NCBI GenBank assembly: GCA_977016875.1
Contig: CDRNST010000233.1
Location: 6,758,001-6,822,000 of the forward strand
DNA from: Pavona decussata
Lineage: Eukaryota
Reading direction: 5' to 3'
DNA length: 64,000 nucleotides
Every line of letters begins with the position of its first letter. The stretch's first letter is position 1. The notes below the pieces were generated by a model that saw only the letters and a program-made list of their open reading frames with translations, did not search any database and was not told the origin of the DNA. The position numbers and the translations under genes are program-made. Below are positions 36,701-44,798 of this stretch, piece by piece.

Positions 36701-37772
36701 ATATGAGAATGCACTCAGCCATGCAAGAGGTGCCAACTTTGTAAGTTCTGCACATTCATTAAAGGCTCTTGCTAGTCAACTGCAGCCTCAAACATCAAGT
36801 GCTGACCTCGATGGCATTTCACCATTAGACCCAGATCCATTGTCAGCTAATCTAGAAAATCCTGTTACAAATCAGAGTCCTAGACTTTCTTCTGTTTTTG
36901 ATAAGACATGTTCAGATGATGGCAGTGTAGAAGAGGTGGCCATAGTGTTCTCCACCAACCATAGTGACTCTACATCTGTAAACCCACAAAGATGTAGACA
37001 GCAACTTCTTTGTGTTGGATCTCAGGTGCAATATGGGCTTCTGCCAAGCTGGTCTGCCCCTTTCCAGAGGATAACAACATGTGTTCTTCCAAGCCGTGAA
37101 TCTTTCCTAGTCGATAGCTTAGTTGAAGGTGTGGTACCATTTCAGGGCAGCAGCTCGATAGACACCACCGACCTTGTCTCCTTAAGAGGATGTAGTCCAA
37201 CATCAGAAGAGAATCATCTCACAAATTTTGCAATTGAGGGGTATCTGGAGCTTATTGCCAAACAGAGTGCAGTCAGTGGTCAAAAAGTGGATTTCATTGG
37301 GTGGGAGCGTTTTGAGAAATCAGCAGGGAGGCAGCCAGCAAAAGATGTTCTGAGAGGCAAATCTCCCCTATTGGAGCAAGATGTTGTTCTTGTCCCCTGT
37401 AACTCGCAAGAAAGCAAGCACTGGTTCTTGCTTACTCTTCTGCCTAAAAAACAAGAAATCATGGTACTTGATAGCATGGCAGGAGCATTTGTGAAGCCAT
37501 CTGCTAAAGAGGCCATTTCTAAGATGTGGCTGCTGTTGGAAGAGCTGGACACCAGCATTAATGCCAGTGATTGGAATTTTAACTGCAACAAGCCAACAGA
37601 CATCCCTCAGCAGCACAACGATTATGACTGTGGGGTTTATCTTTGCATGTATGCAAGGTGTTTGGTGTTGCAACACCCCATGCCTGGACACCTGGTATCT
37701 TTTAGAAGAATCATGGTTCTTGAGCTGCATGAACAAAAACTTCAAAACCTTCCACTTACTGTTAGCAATTGA
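27762..37772 (+). CDS. 14-exon RAG1/Transib-like DDE transposase fused to a C-terminal Ulp1/C48 cysteine protease (~1350 aa)
   Basis: Exons 27762-28727, 29938-30178, 30433-30541, 30669-30772, 31166-31302, 31559-31635, 32279-32556, 33004-33155, 34225-34309, 34662-34876, 35059-35151, 35491-35707, 35983-36069, 36481-37772. All introns are GT-AG, phases are consistent, total 4053 nt, no internal stop. Ordered motifs: IKLDG (D397), SCSSVYPLAIGNCKE, KIKFVVTLDYK (D477), FCAFC, CSLHQEMR, MSG.TER, DYAHLTVDH, FSNQGFEASHK (E867), QILTHW. Ulp1 motifs: KHWFL, VLDSM, PQQHNDYDCGVY. Confidence 0.88.
28845..29355. mobile_element. Decayed MITE in intron 1 of the transposase gene
   Basis: Starts TTATGCATCAGGAAATTC..CCCCCC, has repeated GGGCATTTG motifs and G/C-run subterminal blocks, and ends in a degenerate ..GCCATTA; resembles a common anthozoan non-autonomous family (recalled). 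Confidence 0.45.
31772..32030 (+). repeat. Highly decayed tRNA-headed SINE in intron 6
   Basis: Head GTGGTGTAATGGTTAGCAC...GTTCAAG; 3' core TAACCCTG...CTCCTGGGTGCTTCATTGCTACAGAAA resembles the conserved core of cnidarian SINEs (recalled). Confidence 0.45.
33469..33733. repeat. Near-identical 119-bp direct duplication in intron 8
   Basis: 33469-33587 and 33615-33733 (ACAGTTTATAGTGTCCCCCACCCAGGAGAATTTCTG...CATACATGTACCTTT). Confidence 0.9.
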
Positions 37773-37989
37773 AGGTCTGAAATCAAATGTTGTGGACATT
37801 TAAGTCTCTTAACTAAACTATTTATTTTTGTTCAACATCATCATATTGCTATTTAAAGGATAGCAACATTTTACAACAACTCTGTTAAAACTGATGCCCC
37901 AAGGGTAAAAATACTTGTGTTCGAGTATCACATTTCATTTTGCGGCCTACGCGTATGATCAGAAAATTGATATGATAATGTATTGTAAT

Positions 37990-39377
37990 TTAATTAATAC
38001 CTAATACAATAGGTTTTTTTTGCAAACCAAAAGAAATGTTAACTTCTAACATTTTCTGTTGCTTCCTTAGGTAAAACGTTACCTGAAGTAACAGAAGCAC
38101 TGGGGCATTAATTTGCCTGTGTCAATTAATACCTAACACGATAGCTTTTTGTAAACCAAAAGAAATGTTAACTTCTAATATTTTCTGTTTATTCGTTGGG
38201 TAAAACTTTACCTTGAATAACAGAAGCACTGGGGCATTAATTTGCCTGTGTCAATTAATACCTAACACAATAGCTTTTTGTAAACCAAAAGAAATGTTAA
38301 CTTCTAACATTTTCTGTTGCTTCCTTGGGTAAAACTTTACCTGAAGTAACAGAAGCACTGGGGCATTAATTTGCCTGTGTCAATTAATACCTAACACGAT
38401 AGCTTTTTGTAAACCCAAAAGAAATGTTAAGTTCTAACTTTTTCTGTTGCTTCCTTGGGTAAAACTTTACCTGAAGTAACAGAGGCACTGGGGCATTAAT
38501 TTGCCTGTGTCAATTAATACCTAACACAATAGTTTTTTGCAAACCAAAAGAAAATTAATGTTAACTTCTAACATTTTCTGTTGTTTCGTTGGGTAAAACT
38601 TTACCTGAAGTAACAGAAGCACTGGGGCATTAATTTGCCTGTGTCAATTAATACCTAACACAATAGCTTTTTGTAAACCAAAAGAAATGTTAACTTCTAA
38701 TTTTGCTGTTGATTCGTTGGGTAAAACTTTACCTTGAATAACAGAAGCACTGGGGCATTAATTGCCTGTGTCAATTAATACCTAACACAATAGTTTTTTG
38801 CAAACCAAAAGAAAATTAATGTTAACTTCTAACATTTTCTGTTGTTTCGTTGGGTAAAACTTTACCTTGAATAACAGAAGCACTGGGGCATTAATTTGCC
38901 TGTGTCAATTAATACCTAACACAATAGCTTTTTGTAAACCAAAAGAAATGTTAAGTTCTAATATTTTCTGTTGATTCGTTGGGTAAAACTTTACCTTGAA
39001 TAACAGAAGCACTGGGGCATTAATTTGCCTGTGTCAATTAATACCTAACACAATAGCTTTTTGTAAACCAAAAGAAATGTTAACTTCTAATATTTTCTGT
39101 TGTTTCGTTGGGTAAAACTTTACCTTGAATAACAGAAGCACTGGGGCATTAATTTGCCTGTGTCAATTAATACCTAACACAATAGCTTTTTGTAAACCAA
39201 AAGAAATGTTAACTTCTAATATTTTCTGTTGATTCGTTGGGTAAAACTTTACCTTGAATAACAGAAGCACTGGGGCATTAATTTGCCTGTGTCAATTAAT
39301 ACCTAACAAAACAGTTTTTTGCAAACCAAAAGAAATGTTAAGTTCTAACATTTTCTGTTGCTTCCTTGGGTAAAATT
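37990..39377. repeat. Tandem array, ~129-bp unit, ~10.8 copies
   Basis: Anchor CACTGGGGCATTAA at 38098, 38227, 38356, 38486, 38620, 38748, 38881, 39010, 39139, 39268 (period 128-134 bp). Each unit contains a GGGTAAAACTTTACC-type motif. Confidence 0.97.
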
Positions 39378-39882
39378 TAATTTGAACAAGCAAAATTCCT
39401 GAAATTGTTTTTTTTTTTTTTCTGAAGACCCAAACAGATTAAGCTTCAAACATTTTCTGTTCCCCTATTGGGTAAAATTTTACCTAAAGCTGAGGGGAAA
39501 ACACTGACCAACATATTTTTTTTCATGTGGTTATTAACGTTTAGAAATAAAAAAAATCAGGATATTTGAGTGTTAAAATGTTTCGTTCCCTCTTCAGAGA
39601 AAGGAACAAACTTGTTCAATGAAATAATAATTACGGCATTAATATCGTGATTGACAAATTACCCCTTGATTTTGGCGCGAAATTTCAGCATTAATGTGAA
39701 ATCCCAAAATTCAGAAATCCAGTCAGAAACTTACGTTTGTTGAGCGTAATTTGTCACTCATGATCTGAAAAGGTAATCAAATGTTATACTCGTGGGAATT
39801 TCACTCGTCCTATCCTTGCCTATACGTCATCATAATGATAGTGTTGGGAAATCTACACAGTGAATGCGCAAAATTAAAAAGA

Positions 39883-40788
39883 CTAAAAATTGGTAAACAT
39901 CACTTTCCCTACATAATAGCGCAAAGTGAGTTTCCCACGTTCCTGTTGACTAAACAAGTCAGGCCACCAGATAAGCTCAAATTCCCTTGAGGCTCTTCCT
40001 TCCCCCTCGCCGATTATTAGGGATGCCCGACAAGTTGGCTGTTGGCGTGTAGCTCTTCCCCTGGCTTGTGCCTTCGCAAGGGCAATGGCTGAGGCTCCAC
40101 CAAGCGTTGTCAGAGTGTTGTCTTCTACTTCTTGCTGTCCATTAAAAGCTTTTGTCATAGCAAGCGGAATGCAGCTATCGTCGAATATTGTTCTAACCTC
40201 GTCCACTTCAAAACACTTCCATGATATGTATTGTGCGCGTGGTTTCCACATCGGTGGTCTCCAATGCGAACGCTCGCCGATTTTGTTCACAAACGCAGTT
40301 GCCAGACTAGTTAATAACTTTTGTAGGTACACAAAAGGGCAGTCGAATCTTTCAACTTTTGACCATTTACCTGATAAGAAATTAATAATGGAAATCAATT
40401 CAATACTGATCAATGGTCAAGCACCAATCCGTGATTCCAACATGTGCTTTTGTTACAGGAAATAACTTTCCTTTTGATTAATGCTATAGGTATTCTTAGG
40501 ACTAAATCGCGATTTTTAAGATGTTTTCTTACCTGATACTTTCGGGTGTAAGGTCGAGTTAATGCTCTCTGCAACACCGGTGAGCCACATTTTATAGTTT
40601 TGCAAATCTGTGGAATTCAATCTTCCTCGATATGGACGTGGAACCGGTATTTCCCTGTCTTGGTGATAAAAAGGGAGCTGGGTGACCGGCCTCGCGTTGC
40701 GATGCTTTGAAGCTCTGTGTTTACGCAAAGCTGTCGTTGTTGTATATGTTGCATCGCAAGAGTCGCAGTTCGTCTTGTAGGGAGCCAT
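39883..40788 (-). CDS. 2-exon, 247-aa protein with an N-terminal C2H2 zinc finger and an unrecognised C-terminal domain
   Basis: Exons 40788-40533 and 40370-39883 (GTAAG donor, TTCTTATCAG acceptor, phase 1/1, 744 nt open). MAPYKTNCDSCDATYTTTTALRKHRASKH fits C-x2-C-x12-H-x4-H. Confidence 0.8.
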
Positions 40789-40967
40789 TTTCTTATCTCT
40801 TAGAGGTGAGAAGAACTTTGAAGGCTCTTTAAAAAAGCTACATTGTTTACGCTTGGAAGTGAACCAATCAGATTCTTGGGTGACATTGATAACTTCCGAC
40901 CACTTAATTGCTAAAGTGACGATCTTAAATGCGGAATATCTCACTTTCTGTTGATTTCGATCAGATC
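40789..40967. promoter_or_regulatory. Putative bidirectional promoter between the zinc-finger and kinase genes
   Basis: Only 179 bp between divergent ATGs. Contains AACCAATCAG (CCAAT box, ~40862) and ACTTCCG (ETS-type site, ~40892). Confidence 0.5.
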
Positions 40968-42110
40968 ATGGAAGACGACGCCAGGAAAAATAGGAAACTT
41001 TACTTTAAGAATCTTCGTAAACAACAGAAGAAACGGCGGAAGGAGAGGAAGAAACAAGAGAAAGTGGTGACTCAAAACGAGCTACAGAGAGAACGATTGC
41101 GCAGTTTGGTGGACAAGATAAGAAACAAAATTCAAGCGGGGGAAAACAACGCACACGAAGATGAATTATTACTTTCTGAAAGCAAAGAAATCGATCTCGG
41201 CGCTTGCTCAAGCTCGATACCAAATTGTACGGCGACCACTTTTGCAGAAGCAGAAAAACTTGCGGAAGCGCAAAGCCAAAAGCGAAAGGAAACTGAACAA
41301 TCCAAAGAGCCCCAGCTCAAGAGATCGAGACTGCTAGAAGAAACACGTGGCACAGTAAAAGAGATCGACAGCAAGAACATTGTGCTCTCCGGAAAAACGA
41401 TCGGGGCAGGTTCATTTGGGACCTGTCGGCTGGCGAAGTTTAGAAGCATGGACGTAGTGGTAAAAGAATTCAAAGGTTTTGCGGAGAGTACAGCGGAGAA
41501 GCAGAAACAGGATGTCCTACGCGAAGCAAAGGTGATTGTAAGTCTCGGAGATCACAAAGGCTTACCACTCCTGTTTGGAGTACAGACCTCACAGATTCCC
41601 TACAGTCTAGTCTTACAGTTTCATGGCGATGAAGAACGAAGCCTAAATATATACCGAGCTGCTTGTAAGAAGAAGCTGACTGCTGATGAATGGAAAAGTG
41701 TGATCAACCAGGTCATCGAAGCTCTCCATCACATACATGGCAAGGGTTTCCTCCACAATGACCTGAAAGCTAATAACGTTGTTCTCGAAAAAAGGGAGGA
41801 TGGCTACAATGCGGTAGTTATCGACTTTGGAAAAAGCAAAAAGATTGATGCGCCGAAGAAAAGGAAGAATTTATCCAAAGCCAAACAGAAAGTTTATCAG
41901 CAGAGTTACCCTCACATCGCACCAGAGATTGTAAGCGGTACAGGAGACCAAACGACTGCCAGCGATGTGTATTCTCTTGCTCAAATGGTCAATTTTATTT
42001 GTGACAAAACTGGTTTGGTTTTAAGTGCCGAATTTGTAATTCTTAAGAATCTTGCCTTATCTTCAGAGCCAGAGGCAAGACCCAAGCTTGTTGACTTTGT
42101 TTGTAAGTAA
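40968..42110 (+). CDS. Intronless eukaryotic protein kinase, non-RD, with a basic coiled-coil N-terminus (~380 aa)
   Basis: Motifs IGAGSFG, VVVK, LREA (helix C Glu), HNDLKANN, IDFG, HIAPE, SDVYS. N-terminus RKQQKKRRKERKKQEK. An alternative in-frame ATG lies at 40929. Confidence 0.92.
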   Translation: MEDDARKNRKLYFKNLRKQQKKRRKERKKQEKVVTQNELQRERLRSLVDKIRNKIQAGENNAHEDELLLSESKEIDLGACSSSIPNCTATTFAEAEKLAEAQSQKRKETEQSKEPQLKRSRLLEETRGTVKEIDSKNIVLSGKTIGAGSFGTCRLAKFRSMDVVVKEFKGFAESTAEKQKQDVLREAKVIVSLGDHKGLPLLFGVQTSQIPYSLVLQFHGDEERSLNIYRAACKKKLTADEWKSVINQVIEALHHIHGKGFLHNDLKANNVVLEKREDGYNAVVIDFGKSKKIDAPKKRKNLSKAKQKVYQQSYPHIAPEIVSGTGDQTTASDVYSLAQMVNFICDKTGLVLSAEFVILKNLALSSEPEARPKLVDFVCK

Positions 42111-43154
42111 CGACAGCCAAATTTATGTAGCCCATTGACTTATTTGACGTTAATTTGAGAAGAGTTGATACACTTTTCTCTTAAAGAAAGTGCGCATTGA
42201 TTTTTTATTTCAATAACTTGAATTTGTCATCTCAGTCTTTGCAGAGTGTTTTTGCAAATTACTTGTGAACAGTTGATCGCGCGTTCATTCCTGTTTAGCA
42301 TACTTTTAAGAAGCGTTTTAGTTGGCTTTAACAGTCTAACAAAGGATTTTAATTTAATTCCGGTAGTAATATGTAAATATTCATTGGTTTTGCCTAAACC
42401 TTATAATTGGCAGAAATGCTTTTTTATCAGAGTGAGTCCGATTCGTAGCCGATTTTTTATTTAACTACTGTAGTTTATTGTAAAGCGATTCGTAGCAAAT
42501 GTTCATGGCGATTTTTATCCATTCGATCTTTTTGTTGAATTAAGTTTTTGACTGAAGATTCTTGTTCAAATAGCGATTTTCTCACTCGCAGAAGGGTAAA
42601 ATTATCCTTAATTTTTCTCCATACAAAAACGTTCTTCTCGTCAATATAGTCATTTTAATTGGATCTTATTAGCCGAGTTAAGATTTTTTCAATTTGTAGA
42701 GCTTCAGCTTGAATTAGGTGTCATTTACCCATTAAAGTTTTGTTATTGTTTCAAGGTTAAGAACTTTGCGGGATTGGATTTGTTCATCGATACCATGTTA
42801 AAAAGGAAATAAAGTCGTTTTGGAGAAAAAGTTGTATGCCGGCAATTGTCTTTTGATTTTTTCGGGGGGTCTGTATTGTTGCGGTTTATTCAGGCGAGAA
42901 ACATTCTTTACTTTTGTCTCAGGAAGGATTTCAAGAGGCGGAAATAATAAAAACGGACAAAGTTTTCTAGGCAAAAAATTATGCCTGTATTTCATTTTTC
43001 TGATTTTTTTATTCATAGTGGCGGCGGTTTATGAAACTCTCTCCACTATAAATAAATGCGGCTTAAGGTGCTGGAGCTTTTACCGACTTTTGACACCTTT
43101 CTCTGACTTAATTTATTTGCTCTGGTCTTACAGTGGTTCACGTTACCAAATCCA

Positions 43155-43195
43155 CCCCGCTGGTTTGGTAAAAAAATTTTACCAAACCAGCGGGG
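43155..43195. repeat. Perfect 41-bp palindrome at the putative right end of the transposon
   Basis: CCCCGCTGGTTTGGTAAAA-aaa-TTTTACCAAACCAGCGGGG (19-bp stem). Confidence 0.95.
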
Positions 43196-43674
43196 CACTA
43201 CATTCCTAAGCATAGTAAAGCTGGTCATGAGGGACTGGCCACCACTGTTAATTAAGGGACATGACATGCCTTTATTCTTCGGAATAAAGAAGAACTGTAT
43301 TTTAACTGGCATGATTCTAGATCTGTAAGCTTTTCCTTAGGATATTATTTTTTCTTGTTTTTGGTTTCTTTTCTTTTTTCTTTTTTTTTTTTTTTTTTGT
43401 TGCGTTTGTGGAGGTTTTTGCTCCTGATGCGATGCCAACGTACGTCACAAATTAAAATATGATGAGTTTGCAGAGTACCATAAAAACATTCTTGTACGAA
43501 CCATGTACCCTCCAAAGTTAATTTCACGAAACTCTCCTAAGTTAAAATGTTCTTATATATGTACGATATACTTGGACTAACAATATACTATTGTCAGGAT
43601 TGTTACGTAACAATACTAAGGATCCATCTTATCTTAGGAAGGCCTCTCGAATCGTACACTGAAGACTAGATTTA

Positions 43675-43889
43675 AGGCTGGTTTCCATATGATCGCAGAT
43701 CGCAGATCGCAATAAGGTCTGCGATCATATGGAAACTACCTCTGCGATCGTCTGCGATCCTGCGATCGAGATCGCAGACGATCGCAGGAGATAGAACTAT
43801 GTTCTATCTAAAGGCTGGTTTCCATATGATCGCAGACGATCGCAGACCTTATTGCGATCTGCGATCCGCGATCATATGGAAACCAGCCT
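43675..43889. mobile_element. Harbinger-like palindromic MITE with an internal third TIR copy
   Basis: TIRs AGGCTGGTTTCCATATGATCGC / GCGATCATATGGAAACCAGCCT in TTA/TAA context; many GATCGCAG subrepeats; extra TIR at ~43812. Confidence 0.8.
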
Positions 43890-44194
43890 TAAAGGGCTGA
43901 CAAGGCCGCTTTCACTAAAACTCACGCTATATATTGTGATGAAACTCGTAAAACTGCATATTGGATGTGTATGTCAGCCTCGCGCTTCGTTTAGTTAGAA
44001 TTCTAATTCCGTTCGAGATGAAACTGAAACACGACTCCTTGGCTCGTCCTTGTGTGGAAAGAGCAAAAATTCTTAAAAAGTAGCCACGATTTGATTTCCG
44101 GCTGGGATATTCCGAACCTCCTGAATTAATCATTCGCGCTAGGTTTAGGCGTTTTGGTTTAAACTGAATAATTTACTCTGAACCGAAATGGCAG

Positions 44195-44436
44195 GCACCA
44201 GTTGTTCAAAGGGCGGATAACTTTATCCAGTGAATAAGTCACTATCCAGCGGTGCAAATGTACTCCAAACAACGCTTCTGGCAAGTTTCACACAATCCCA
44301 TACTTAAATTAGACATATACGCTTCTACTCTGTACACAATTATTATAGAACTATAGGGAAAATCTTGCACACATTTATTTTCCGCAGAGCGACCTATCCA
44401 GTGGATAAAATTATCCGCTCTTTGAACAACCGGGGC
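44195..44436. mobile_element. MITE with CAG target duplication
   Basis: CAG|GCACCAGTTGTTCAAAGGGCGGATAA ... TTATCCGCTCTTTGAACAACCGGGGC|CAG. Confidence 0.75.
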
Positions 44437-44798
44437 CAGGTCTCGAAGTAAGTGGAAAATTTTCCCGAAAGCAAATTCCCAACCGAAAGTTAATTTTGGA
44501 AATTTTTGGTAAAGAAGGTAAAGAACGAACTTTAATTTGCTTCAATACAGTAAGTTTTTTTCGCCCATCTTCATTCCTTCAGCATTATTTATTCAACATT
44601 AATTTATGAACAGCGGTTGGTTAACAGACATACCGTAAAATTCCGAAAATAAGCCCCTCCGCATAGAAGCCCCCCTAAATCTGAAACGCAAAAATACTTC
44701 CTATAATAAGCCCCCCCGAATATAATAAGCTCCTGGGGGCTTGCATTTGAAAATTATCCTCAATTATACGAACCAAAGCAAACTACACATAATCAACA

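Larger units (their letters stand above)
27437..43194 (+). mobile_element. Candidate ~15.8 kb RAG1/Transib-like DNA transposon carrying three genes and an internal tandem array
   Basis: Bounded by CCCGCTGG (27437) and CCAGCGGG (ending 43194), each flanked by GC (possible 2-bp TSD, or an extension of the TIR). Encloses a DDE transposase gene, a zinc-finger gene and a kinase gene unrelated to the flanking GPCR cluster. A GGTAAA/TTTACC motif is shared by the ends and the internal array. Boundaries are inferred from one copy only. Confidence 0.65.

Noticed and set aside
38260-38320. RSS nonamer-like GCTTTTTGT in the array units
   Set aside because: No heptamer at 12 or 23 nt spacing in either orientation; such matches are expected in T-rich DNA.
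37990-39377. CRISPR-like array next to a nuclease gene
   Set aside because: Units are near-identical along their whole length with no unique spacers, the context is eukaryotic, and no cas genes are present.
39883-40788. RAG2-like identity for the convergent gene
   Set aside because: Too short, no kelch GG/W repeats and no PHD finger; it has a C2H2 finger instead.
27034-43020. Alternative RSS-like termini: CACTAAG-13 nt-ACAAAAAAT at 27034 and CACTATG on the minus strand at 43014-43020
   Set aside because: The two do not extend into an inverted repeat and their flanks (ACATC vs GCGGC) give no TSD. Kept only as a fallback to test with multi-copy alignment.
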